IMG/VR virus record: IMGVR_UViG_3300042399_002267
Source: a virus
Strand: one strand, 5' to 3'
Length of the DNA: 64,000 nt
Within the stretch, counting starts at the first letter, position 1; every line of letters starts with the position of its first letter. This document shows, piece by piece, positions 43,028 through 52,226 of this stretch. Below the pieces are notes generated by a model. The model was not told the origin of the DNA, searched no databases, and was given only the letters and a program-made list of their open reading frames with translations. Position numbers and translations under genes: made by a program.

Positions 43028-44119
43028 ATGGATTTAAATGAATATATTGATTTTATAATTGTTGCTGAAGAACTTGACAAGTTGGGAAGATATGCTGAAG
43101 CTGACAATCTTGTAAGATTAGCTCAATTTCCAAATATGAACCCACAAGGCTTTGGCGGTTTTGGTAATATGGGGGCTGGAAATGGCAATTTATTTACTCC
43201 ACAAATGCAAGGAGCTGCTATAGGTGGAGCTCTTGGTAATGCTGCCTTTAAGAGTCCTGTTGGAACTGCAATTGGAACTTTATTGGGAAGTGAAATTGGC
43301 AGAAAACAAGGGAATGAAATTCAGCAAAGAAATATCCCATCTGAACAAAAAATTCAAAAATTAAAAGAAGAATTAATCAAATTACAGGCACAACCAGAAC
43401 CAAGAAATTATGTCAAAATGCAAGAATTGCAAAGACAAATCACAACTGAAGAAAAAATTCTCAAAGACACTCAAGCTCTAAGAGCACAAAATCAACCTCA
43501 GCCAGCAACACAAACTGCCAATCAAACAGGATTACCTGCATCAGCATCATTAGACCAATTAAAAGCATACAACGCAGCAAGAGATGCTAAATCGTTTGAT
43601 GAATTGCAAAAATTAGTAGCGAATTTCACTTTAGCAGAACAAGCTTTAGCATTTAGATTCTGGAATTTAAAATCTCAACAAGCAGCAACTCAAACTCCAG
43701 GGCAACCAGCTGGACAATTGCAAGCTACACAAATGCCACCTGCTGTAAATAATATTCTTATGAGTATGTTGTATGACTCAGCAATGACAACTCCACAAGC
43801 TATCTGGACAAAAATAAGTACTTCTGAACAAATTCCAGAAGGATTGAAAAGAGCAGCATTTGATGAATTCTTAAAACTTAGAAGTAATCAGATTTACGGA
43901 GCTCAACAAGCACAAGCACCTGTAACAGCACCACAGTTTACACCAGCAGAAGATGCAGAAATTAACAAATTAGTATCTCTTGCTTTCGGGCAAGAATCAG
44001 GACGAAAATTTAATTTTATTAAAAATAAATTCTTAAGAGATCAAATTACAAAACCAATCTACGATGAAGCAATTAAGAGACTAAGAGAGAAAGTTACATT
44101 ATTGCAAAGTATGAGATAA
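43028..44119 (+). CDS. Gln/Ala-rich putative head cargo protein (MDLN leader, glycine-zipper-like segment)
   Basis: MDLN..VAEELDKLGRYAEADNLVRLAQ leader and GAAIGGALG..VGTAIGTLLG segment. Confidence 0.6.
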   Translation: MDLNEYIDFIIVAEELDKLGRYAEADNLVRLAQFPNMNPQGFGGFGNMGAGNGNLFTPQMQGAAIGGALGNAAFKSPVGTAIGTLLGSEIGRKQGNEIQQRNIPSEQKIQKLKEELIKLQAQPEPRNYVKMQELQRQITTEEKILKDTQALRAQNQPQPATQTANQTGLPASASLDQLKAYNAARDAKSFDELQKLVANFTLAEQALAFRFWNLKSQQAATQTPGQPAGQLQATQMPPAVNNILMSMLYDSAMTTPQAIWTKISTSEQIPEGLKRAAFDEFLKLRSNQIYGAQQAQAPVTAPQFTPAEDAEINKLVSLAFGQESGRKFNFIKNKFLRDQITKPIYDEAIKRLREKVTLLQSMR

Positions 44120-44128
44120 AAGTAAAAC

Positions 44129-44156
44129 AAAAATCCCCTCCGAAGAGGGGATTTTT
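44129..44156. terminator. Bidirectional intrinsic terminator
   Basis: AAAAATCCCCTC-cgaa-GAGGGGATTTTT between convergent genes. Confidence 0.85.
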
Positions 44157-45398
44157 TTATTCTAGCATTTCTTTTGCAGCATCATCAAACGAGATTCCAT
44201 CATCGTCTTCTTCATCAAATGGATCTGTGATGTTTTCCAGTTCTGATGGTGGACCTTTTTTAACAGCAGCAAGAAGATCATCAAGTGGTTTTCCCAACAC
44301 TTTAAGTCTTCCACAGATATACTCAAAGGCAGTGGTAGAATTGTCTCCACGAGTACGTTTTTCTGGAGAAGCTTGACTCATAAGAAGTTTTACAAATTCA
44401 TATGGGTCTTTGGATTCTACTACTTCGCCAGTATCAACATTTGTATAAATAAACTTCTTGCGAACTTCTTTGATATATTCAAAGCCTTTAGCTTTTGCAC
44501 GATAAAGAAATTCATCTACAGGATTGGTGTTGTCATCATCGGTAAACATGATCTTAAAAATACCAGTAAGACCAGGAGTTCCATAGCGAGTTTTCATCAC
44601 TAGTACTTTTGATTTACCGCCAATGATTACATCTTGACCAGCTTCATCCTTTTTGGTTACCTGACCATTTGCTCCGTTGATTTTATTAATCCATAAACGC
44701 ATATGGGTAAAGTAATTCATAGCATTACCGCCAGATGCTTGCTTTACCATGGAACCAGGCATTGCACCAGCACCCATATAAAGTTGGTTGATAAGAACAA
44801 CAATAGTTCCAGATGTAGCTGTTTTAGCAGTAAGATCTTTTGTTAATCGCTTGACAAAACGAGCATGGAGACCAATTGTCTGTACTTGCTCCATTGATTT
44901 TGCAAGTTCATCTTGTGGAATCATTGCAGAAACAGAATCTACAATAATAACAGAATAATCACCAGTGTCTGCCATATACTTAAGAAGTTCGCCATACTTT
45001 TCAGCAGAACCAACATTTTCAACAAGAACAAGGTCTTTAACACTTACACCACAGCTGGTTGCACGTAAAGGATAGTATGAATTTTCAATATTGAAAAATG
45101 CACATTTTTTGCCTTGCTTTTGCGCTTCGGCAATAAGTTTGTACCCTAACCAAGTTTTTCCAGATTGTGATTCACCACAAAATTCAACAAGAGTGCCTGA
45201 AGGTATACCCATACCAGCACCCAAAATTGAATCAACTTCAAAAACTCCAGTTGGAATAAACTCAATCTCTTCGGTGTCACCAGACTTGATGCATTTTTCA
45301 TCAATGCCTAATGACTTCATTTTTTGTTTCAATAACCGAAGCTGATCAGCGCTAATTACTTCTGATAAATTGTCTTTTGAATCTTTTGATTTAGCCAT
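44157..45398 (-). CDS. recA: RecA-family recombinase
   Basis: IPTGVFEVD.ILG, VEFCGESQSGKT, IIVDSVSAM, LINQL, ASGGNAMNY and KTRYG. Confidence 0.9.
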   Translation of the reverse strand: MAKSKDSKDNLSEVISADQLRLLKQKMKSLGIDEKCIKSGDTEEIEFIPTGVFEVDSILGAGMGIPSGTLVEFCGESQSGKTWLGYKLIAEAQKQGKKCAFFNIENSYYPLRATSCGVSVKDLVLVENVGSAEKYGELLKYMADTGDYSVIIVDSVSAMIPQDELAKSMEQVQTIGLHARFVKRLTKDLTAKTATSGTIVVLINQLYMGAGAMPGSMVKQASGGNAMNYFTHMRLWINKINGANGQVTKKDEAGQDVIIGGKSKVLVMKTRYGTPGLTGIFKIMFTDDDNTNPVDEFLYRAKAKGFEYIKEVRKKFIYTNVDTGEVVESKDPYEFVKLLMSQASPEKRTRGDNSTTAFEYICGRLKVLGKPLDDLLAAVKKGPPSELENITDPFDEEDDDGISFDDAAKEMLE

Positions 45399-45412
45399 AT
45401 AATCTCCTCAAA

Positions 45413-45436
45413 AAGGGGATGGTTTCCCATCCCCTT
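45413..45436 (-). terminator. Intrinsic terminator between the SSB gene and recA
   Basis: AAGGGGATGG-GAAA-CCATCCCCTT followed by TTT, directly abutting the recA SD. Confidence 0.8.
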
Positions 45437-45443
45437 AGTAATA

Positions 45444-46436
45444 TTAGTCGTTTAACCAGCCCATTGAATCTTCATCATCGTCGTCGTCATCTTCAACAAC
45501 AACTGGCTTAGGAGCAACCTTAGCAGTTCGAGTTGGTTTGACAGGAACAACTTCTTCAACCTCATCATCTTCCACTACTGGAGCAGAGACTTTAGGTGGA
45601 GAAACTGTATATCCTGAATCAGATTTAGGCTTTGCTACAACTGCACTGGAAGATTCTCCCTTAACAAGAGTGTGCTTGAAAATCTTATGCAAAGGATAAC
45701 CGTATGCAAAGAAGTCATTCCACTCAGGCATTGAAGGATCTGATTTACGATCAAGAGCATACTGTGTACGCTCAGTTTCGAGTTCTTCAGGAGTAGGCTC
45801 ACCAGCTTTGCGTAGTAATTCAACCATTTCGTCATCTACTTCAACATTTTTGGATTCAAAGTAAACATCGTATTCGACAGACAAAGGTGGTTGTTTGCCA
45901 GTAGCTTTGGCAGTGATTTTTACACAAGGAGATAAACGGGAACCATAATGGCGAGAATCATCTTCGCCATCCCATTCTTCATCTTCGTAATTGCCTTGAG
46001 TCTTCTTAGCAATTTCAGAAAAGATAGCCTTACCCTTCTTGAGAATCTTTACTTTCCATGTGCCATCTTCTTGACGCTCAAGAACATTCTGTGCATACTG
46101 GGTTGTGAAGATATAACCCATCTTGCGCCAAGGGCATTGATCTGGATCATCATGTCCAATGCGGTTGAATGACTTGTTGACATCAGCATCTGGAAATGGA
46201 ACCTTCATAGTCTTGCCACGAAGTTCTGGATCGTTGTTAGGATTAGGCACATATACCTTGTCGGTATATTCATGGAACATATAAGGATCGCCAACAAGTT
46301 TAAGACGACGAGTAACCTTAGGAGAGTCTTTAACAGACAGGTTTACAATAATGTCTTGTAACTTAGGGAAGGAATTCTGCTGCGGACGAGCAGGGTTGGA
46401 AGCAAGCATCTGAGATGCTGAAACACGTCGAATCAT
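45444..46436 (-). CDS. gp32-like single-stranded DNA-binding protein
   Basis: CPW, QYAQNVL..R and KVKILKKGKAIFSEI; very acidic tail ending GWLND; sits next to recA; strongly biased codons. ATG 46436 with SD GGAG. Confidence 0.6.
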   Translation of the reverse strand: MIRRVSASQMLASNPARPQQNSFPKLQDIIVNLSVKDSPKVTRRLKLVGDPYMFHEYTDKVYVPNPNNDPELRGKTMKVPFPDADVNKSFNRIGHDDPDQCPWRKMGYIFTTQYAQNVLERQEDGTWKVKILKKGKAIFSEIAKKTQGNYEDEEWDGEDDSRHYGSRLSPCVKITAKATGKQPPLSVEYDVYFESKNVEVDDEMVELLRKAGEPTPEELETERTQYALDRKSDPSMPEWNDFFAYGYPLHKIFKHTLVKGESSSAVVAKPKSDSGYTVSPPKVSAPVVEDDEVEEVVPVKPTRTAKVAPKPVVVEDDDDDDEDSMGWLND

Positions 46437-46477
46437 TTTCAAACTCCGTTCTGGGGAACACAGGTCCCTCTTCAAAT

Positions 46478-46506
46478 ATATTACTATATGTTGATGGCTT
46501 TTGCAA
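46478..46506 (-). promoter_or_regulatory. sigma70-type promoter for the SSB gene
   Basis: TTGCAA-17-TAATAT. Confidence 0.45.
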
Positions 46507-46520
46507 CAGAAATGGAAAAC

Positions 46521-47249
46521 TTATTTCATTCTTCCATTTCTAGTTCTTACACTAGCACTATCATTATTATACTGCTTTAACGATGGTCGATCCTTACTGT
46601 AAAGAGAAGACAAACCTTCATTGTTAAAGCTTTGATTGATTCTTGAAAGAGCTTGATGTTCTCTCATTAATCGATCCATTTGAGTTGCAGCAAAATCAAT
46701 ATTTTTCAATACTGCTTCTGTGTAACTCAAAAGTCTTTTGGCATGTGATAATGCCACCGAAAATGGACTTACTGTAAAAGTAGCTACTGCATCCTTATCA
46801 GGTTTAGTACCATTTGTCAACTTCATTGCTATTTCTCTCAAGTTTTTATGTGCTTGAAAGATCATTTCATAATGAGCATACACTATGGCAATGATTTCGG
46901 ACAATCTTGTTCTATATTGTACTTGCAATGCATACATTGCAGCATGAGCTTCAAAATCAAAATCATGCTTGTTGGGAATTGAAATATCCCAAGTGGCAAT
47001 TTCTCTTCTAATTTCAAATTCATTATAAACAGGCAAAGATGCAATTGCGAATTGCCATATTTCCACTTCTTCAGCAAAACTTTCTTCTGTAACTCCCTTG
47101 ATTCTTTCAGCAATTTTTTTAGCAAAATCAGGGTCAGTCCAAGGAGTTATTTCTGGTAAAGGTTTCCATTCGAAATCAGCTAAAAGAATTGTGTCATCAT
47201 TTTCTTCGCTTATATTTTCGTCATCTTCTTCTGTATATAAATTGCTCAT
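46521..47249 (-). CDS. Hypothetical helical protein (possible UvsY-like recombination mediator)
   Basis: Acidic N-terminus and coiled-coil core; lies between dnaE and the SSB/recA genes. Confidence 0.4.
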   Translation of the reverse strand: MSNLYTEEDDENISEENDDTILLADFEWKPLPEITPWTDPDFAKKIAERIKGVTEESFAEEVEIWQFAIASLPVYNEFEIRREIATWDISIPNKHDFDFEAHAAMYALQVQYRTRLSEIIAIVYAHYEMIFQAHKNLREIAMKLTNGTKPDKDAVATFTVSPFSVALSHAKRLLSYTEAVLKNIDFAATQMDRLMREHQALSRINQSFNNEGLSSLYSKDRPSLKQYNNDSASVRTRNGRMK

Positions 47250-47258
47250 AGCATTTCC

Positions 47259-50200
47259 TCAATCAAATAAATTGTCACTTAATAATGTATTGAATTTATT
47301 CGTACTTTTTGTTGGTTTGTCATTTACTTTATTAGACATTATTTGATCAATTGATAGTGAATTTTTATCAGCTAATCTTTTAAGCCTTGCAGCATTCTTT
47401 TCTTCTAAAGTTCTTTGAGTAACTATTTCATCCCAATGTACCATGAAGTCTTCCAGATATTCAAATTGTAAGATATCAGTTAAACAATCTAATGCATTAT
47501 GTTCAGCCAAAGCTTGAATCATCATTCGGTTAGGTCTTGTACGATAGCAAAGATCCTTGATATCTTCGTAAGGTTGATTCTTTATGATATCTTCAGCACG
47601 AGCACCTACACCCTTGACTGCAGATAATGGAAGAATAATCTCACCTTTAGTGTTTACCATAGTATCAAGACCAGACTCATTAATATTAGGTTCCTTGACA
47701 ACTATTTTATCAATTTGACATTCTCTTCGCAATATGGCAAGTTTATCTTCATCCAAACGGTCTATTTGAATACAAGATCCAAGCCATTCTGAAGGATAAT
47801 AATATCTTAACCATGCAGTGAAATATGATAACAATGCATATGCACATGCATGGGATCTATTAAATGCATATCCGCCAAACTTTGCCATTAATTGAAGAAC
47901 AGAATCAACTATTGTTTCATCTACACCCTTTGCGATACTTTTTGTCTTGAAAAGATTACATGCATCATCAAAGTCTTTGCCTGATTTTTTCGAAATAGCT
48001 TTTCTTAATTTGTCAACTTCAGTCCAAGTGAATCCAGCCATATCACGAGCCATTTTCATAGCTTGCTCTTGATAAACCATAATTCCATATGTCACACCCA
48101 AGTGTTGTTTGATAACAGGATGGTCATAATGAACACTTTCAGGGTTTTTCTTTCCAAATGCATATTGTGGAATAAAATCCATAGGACCAGGACGGTAAAG
48201 AGCAGCAACAGCAATCAAATCTTCAATATTAGATGCTTCAACATCTCTTAGAGCCTGTTGCATTCCCTTAGACGCAAATTGAAAAACAGATGCAGTTTTA
48301 CCTTTTGCATAAATGTTCTTAAAAATCTTAGGATCTTCCAAATCGATATCTTTAAACTCTATCACTTTTCCATGCAATCTTTTGATGTGCTGTAAACACA
48401 ATGAGATTTGTTGAAAAGCTGCCAATCCTAAGAAGTCATACTTAACAAGACCCATGCGTTCAACATTTTTCATGTCATATGCTGAACACAAGTTTCCTTT
48501 AGAGTTTTCAATAGGTGCATGCATAAATATAGGTTCAGATGAAACAAGCACACCACTAGCATGAACACCAAAGTTTGAAATGGTGCCTACAAGGTGAATA
48601 GCATTGTCAATTTCTGTCTTCCATATTTTGTAATAATGGACAAACTCAGAACTTTCTTGAATAGTATCTTCAATAGTAGATCCAGGCTTTTTGGATATAA
48701 GAGCAGATATCTTCAATGCTTCAGAATGAGTGTAATCTCCATGATGATTGGTAAATCTTTCACTAGATTTTAGACACCCAACCACTGCAGCTTTAGCACC
48801 ATACCTGCCCCATGTTCCGATTTGTGCAACATGCTCATCTCCAAATCTGTGCTTGGTCCAGTCAATTACATCTGCTCTTTTAGAATCATCAATGTCTGTA
48901 TCGACATCAGGAAGAGCAGCAATTTTGGAAATTCTTAAACCTTGTTCAGGCAAATCTTCCGTAATACCAAGAATAACAGAAGTCCAAAGTTGAGATTCAT
49001 TAACTTTTGTTTTAATCCCCATTTTTGAAAGACTATAAACGTATGCACATAAACCTTGATTTTCTAAAACCCACAATTCTTTTTCAATGTCAGGTTCTTT
49101 ATCAATATAGTCAGGATTTTGGCTCAACCAAATTTTAGAAACCTTCTTGAGTTTTTGAACAAAAGGCATTTGATCAACATGAGAATATTTCTCCATCCAT
49201 TGATTCACAGGATATTCTGAACAATCAATCTTATATTGAGTGCCACGACCAGGATTGAGAAATCTTTCAAACATAAGATTCCAACGAACAGGATCAACAT
49301 TGCAAACTTCTAAACAGAAATTTACCAATGACCCTACACCAGAACCACGAATTCCATAGTGAATGTCTCTACCTTTCATAAATTCAACCATTTCGCGTTG
49401 AATTAAGAAATAGTCAGTAACGCCCATGTGCCAAATCTGAGTTAGTTCATAATGTAACCGAGCTAAATACTTCTTATTTGCACCAAAACCAGCAAGTTTT
49501 AGACCATTCAAACATAGGTATGCCAAGTAAGCTTCATTATCTTTGTAATAAGGAAGCTTAGAGTTCTTGAATTTTCTGAAATCTGGATCATCAGGAATAT
49601 TAGCTTTTGGAAGTAAGTGGGGAACATCCAACTTTAAGAAGTCTTCCACCATCTCGGAAATGAGAACAGAGTTTTTCAAAGCTTCTGGTGCACCAACACC
49701 AAACACTTTTGTCATGTCATCATAAGATTTCAAAAAGAACTGGTGAGAAGAGTATGCTTCTTTTTTGCCACCCTTCTTCTCAGCACCTGATCTGGAATCT
49801 CTTTGATCTCGCATTTGAATAAGAACATCGTGCAGTTCCCAATCAAGCTTATCTAAATAATGAACATCATTTGACGCAACAACTGGAACGTCATATTTTT
49901 TAGCTAAATCTAAAAGATGTCCCATGTTATGTTTCTGTTCTTCAATACCATGATATTGAAGTTCAACAAAATACCTATCATCAAATAAAGACTTGAATTT
50001 ATCAACAACACTGTTAGCAGTAATAAGGTCATCTTTCATCAAAGGTTGATTTAGTTCAGATGCAAGACAGCCCGAAAGAGCAATGACACCTTCAGAATGC
50101 TTTTCAATACATTCCCAATCAACTCTTGGAGAATAGTGAAAAGCTTCAGGATCATTTCCTAATGCTGACAATGAGAGTAAGTTTTTATAACCCTTTTCAT

Positions 50201-50510
50201 TTTGAGCCAAAAGAGTAAGGTGATTTAATTTTCTTCTTCTGCCATCTTCTGTTTTAGATTTATCAAATCTATCAGGACAGGTATACACTTCAATACCAAT
50301 TATTGGCTTAATTGGATCTGTAGTACTTGGAATCTTACAGTTTTCTACAAACTCAATTACACCGCCCATTTTTCCATGGTCAGTGATTGCTGTAGCACGA
50401 AAACCCATCTCTCTAGCCTTGTGAGCATATGCTTTTGGAGATGGTAAAGCATCTTGTATTGAAAAGTGAGTATGAGCATGCAAATGCACAAAATCTTTAT
50501 TGTTACACAT
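47259..50510 (-). CDS. dnaE: DNA polymerase III alpha subunit (family C)
   Basis: PHP domain (HLHAHTHFS, AITDHG, NDVHY), RGSG.GSL, FERFLNP, LPDVDTD, H..GVL, KYDFLGL, LYRPGPM, YQEQ and YAFNRSHA. Confidence 0.95.
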   Translation of the reverse strand: MCNNKDFVHLHAHTHFSIQDALPSPKAYAHKAREMGFRATAITDHGKMGGVIEFVENCKIPSTTDPIKPIIGIEVYTCPDRFDKSKTEDGRRRKLNHLTLLAQNEKGYKNLLSLSALGNDPEAFHYSPRVDWECIEKHSEGVIALSGCLASELNQPLMKDDLITANSVVDKFKSLFDDRYFVELQYHGIEEQKHNMGHLLDLAKKYDVPVVASNDVHYLDKLDWELHDVLIQMRDQRDSRSGAEKKGGKKEAYSSHQFFLKSYDDMTKVFGVGAPEALKNSVLISEMVEDFLKLDVPHLLPKANIPDDPDFRKFKNSKLPYYKDNEAYLAYLCLNGLKLAGFGANKKYLARLHYELTQIWHMGVTDYFLIQREMVEFMKGRDIHYGIRGSGVGSLVNFCLEVCNVDPVRWNLMFERFLNPGRGTQYKIDCSEYPVNQWMEKYSHVDQMPFVQKLKKVSKIWLSQNPDYIDKEPDIEKELWVLENQGLCAYVYSLSKMGIKTKVNESQLWTSVILGITEDLPEQGLRISKIAALPDVDTDIDDSKRADVIDWTKHRFGDEHVAQIGTWGRYGAKAAVVGCLKSSERFTNHHGDYTHSEALKISALISKKPGSTIEDTIQESSEFVHYYKIWKTEIDNAIHLVGTISNFGVHASGVLVSSEPIFMHAPIENSKGNLCSAYDMKNVERMGLVKYDFLGLAAFQQISLCLQHIKRLHGKVIEFKDIDLEDPKIFKNIYAKGKTASVFQFASKGMQQALRDVEASNIEDLIAVAALYRPGPMDFIPQYAFGKKNPESVHYDHPVIKQHLGVTYGIMVYQEQAMKMARDMAGFTWTEVDKLRKAISKKSGKDFDDACNLFKTKSIAKGVDETIVDSVLQLMAKFGGYAFNRSHACAYALLSYFTAWLRYYYPSEWLGSCIQIDRLDEDKLAILRRECQIDKIVVKEPNINESGLDTMVNTKGEIILPLSAVKGVGARAEDIIKNQPYEDIKDLCYRTRPNRMMIQALAEHNALDCLTDILQFEYLEDFMVHWDEIVTQRTLEEKNAARLKRLADKNSLSIDQIMSNKVNDKPTKSTNKFNTLLSDNLFD

Positions 50511-50549
50511 AATTCCCCCGAATAAGCCCCGTCATAGACAGTCATACAC

Positions 50550-51365
50550 TTATTGATGATAGGTTAGTGATAATACAGAATTATTCTCTGCTATAAAACC
50601 ATTCTTGCCATTATGATACTTCCTTGGATCAAGATTTGCAAGAATTATTTTGTCATTTCGCTTCAACTCTTTGGGTCTCAAACAAAGAGGTAATCGATCA
50701 AATTCATTTAAGAAATAAGAATTTGGAATTTGTTTTAAAAGTTGGTAATAATTTTCCTTAGCAATAATTCTATATCGCCAAGGATCTGTTTGATTTTGCA
50801 TTATGTGAGACAATACTTTGGAGTCATAACCATTGCTCACAACTTCAAAATTCCTTGATTTAACCACCATCTGAGATGATTTAATTGCATTTCTGACTGA
50901 TGACTCACTTTGACCTGTATTTTTGCATATGGTTGAAATACTAATAGGTCTATGGTCTTCGTATCTTGAAGCAACAATAGCAATAAATATTTCTCTAATT
51001 TGCTTTGATGAGCAATTGTGAAATATCTTAATTGGAATTTTTATAGGCTTACATCTAGTAATATCAGGACTTAATCTTTTGATTATAGAATTTATCCCTA
51101 GCAAGCCTAACTGTTTTTTTCCATGTTTACCATAAGGTTTTCGCCAATATGTATTTTCACCCTTGGATATTTTTGTATATGCCCAAGTTGATTTCAATGA
51201 CAAAACTTTGTTGGTGATATTTAATATATCAGCCAGATTCACAATACCATTTCCTTCAATGTCAATCTTTTTAGATAAAAGCCAAATAATATACAAATCA
51301 GCCTCATTGTTTTTTAAACAACTAGCTGCTATTTCTGGATATATTATAAGATGCTTGTCAATCAT
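50550..51365 (-). CDS. Winged-helix DNA-binding protein (possible replication initiator or regulator)
   Basis: PISISTICKNTGQSESSVRNAIK HTH; lies within the replication operon. Confidence 0.4.
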   Translation of the reverse strand: MIDKHLIIYPEIAASCLKNNEADLYIIWLLSKKIDIEGNGIVNLADILNITNKVLSLKSTWAYTKISKGENTYWRKPYGKHGKKQLGLLGINSIIKRLSPDITRCKPIKIPIKIFHNCSSKQIREIFIAIVASRYEDHRPISISTICKNTGQSESSVRNAIKSSQMVVKSRNFEVVSNGYDSKVLSHIMQNQTDPWRYRIIAKENYYQLLKQIPNSYFLNEFDRLPLCLRPKELKRNDKIILANLDPRKYHNGKNGFIAENNSVLSLTYHQ

Positions 51366-51616
51366 TGAATTATATTAGAAAACTTTTCCAACTCTCTTTC
51401 TACACCAGCTCTGATAATATATTTATCTATTTCTTCATCTTCCAAGTCTGGAAAGGATGCTGACAACATTGTTTTCAAGATATTGTATTTTGCAGCACTT
51501 GAGCCTTTGATAATAACATTAATTGAAATCTCTTGGGGTGGATTTCTAAATGCTTCTTCAATTTTTTCTACTATTTCTTGTCTTGGAGCAATGTTCAAAT
51601 TAAGATTGTGATTCAT
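51362..51616 (-). CDS. Small hypothetical protein
   Basis: 84 aa, coupled by overlaps on both sides. Confidence 0.55.
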   Translation of the reverse strand: MNHNLNLNIAPRQEIVEKIEEAFRNPPQEISINVIIKGSSAAKYNILKTMLSASFPDLEDEEIDKYIIRAGVERELEKFSNIIQ

Positions 51617-52226
51617 TGTACTTTAGCATCTTTTCTTTTGATTGTTTACCAAAATCTTTCCACACTTTGGTCAAGTTTTTATAGTCTTGCTTTTCAGTGA
51701 GAAGTTCAATTTCTTTATAAACAGATTCTACCCAATTGAAATCTTCATCATTTATATTTACTAATCTTAAGAACTTTTTAGATCTGTCACTAAATGCAAT
51801 AAGGAAGTTTGTTTCGGACAAACCACCAGGAAATTTATTTTCATTTTCTTTATTGAGATAATCATTAATAGTAGACTTAAATTCATTTACCAAATATTTG
51901 AAATCTAAATTGGTAGTTTCAACTTCAATACCAGAATATGAAGAAATTTTCTGGATTGCTTCAATAAAATTCAAGCCTTCAACATTTTGAACTAGTTTGA
52001 TAATATCCCCAGTAGCACCACAGCCAAAACAATTATATCGATTTGATTCTGTGTTCACTCCAAAAGAAGGATTAGAATCATCATGATTTGGCATTGGGCA
52101 ACAAGTATTTGCCCAATTAGACATCTTGGAATCAACGAAATCAGAATTGTATTCGTCTTCCATATAGTTAGCAATAGAAACTGTGCTAATTAATGTATCT
52201 ATGTATTGCCTAGTGATTTTTTCCAT
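51600..52226 (-). CDS. Stand-alone primase CHC2 zinc-binding domain protein
   Basis: CCPMPNHDDSNPSF..YNCFGCGA.GD.I.LV..VEG..F.EA; ATG 52226 overlaps the dnaB stop (TAATG). Confidence 0.85.
   Translation of the reverse strand: MEKITRQYIDTLISTVSIANYMEDEYNSDFVDSKMSNWANTCCPMPNHDDSNPSFGVNTESNRYNCFGCGATGDIIKLVQNVEGLNFIEAIQKISSYSGIEVETTNLDFKYLVNEFKSTINDYLNKENENKFPGGLSETNFLIAFSDRSKKFLRLVNINDEDFNWVESVYKEIELLTEKQDYKNLTKVWKDFGKQSKEKMLKYNESQS

Noticed and set aside
46480-46496. NrdR-box-like ACTATATGTTG upstream of the SSB gene
   Set aside because: It is a single partial match, is not in front of nrdAB, and overlaps the promoter spacer; NrdR boxes normally occur as tandem pairs.
50511-51616. Replication origin or iterons near the putative initiator gene
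   Set aside because: No direct-repeat array or DnaA-box cluster could be seen.
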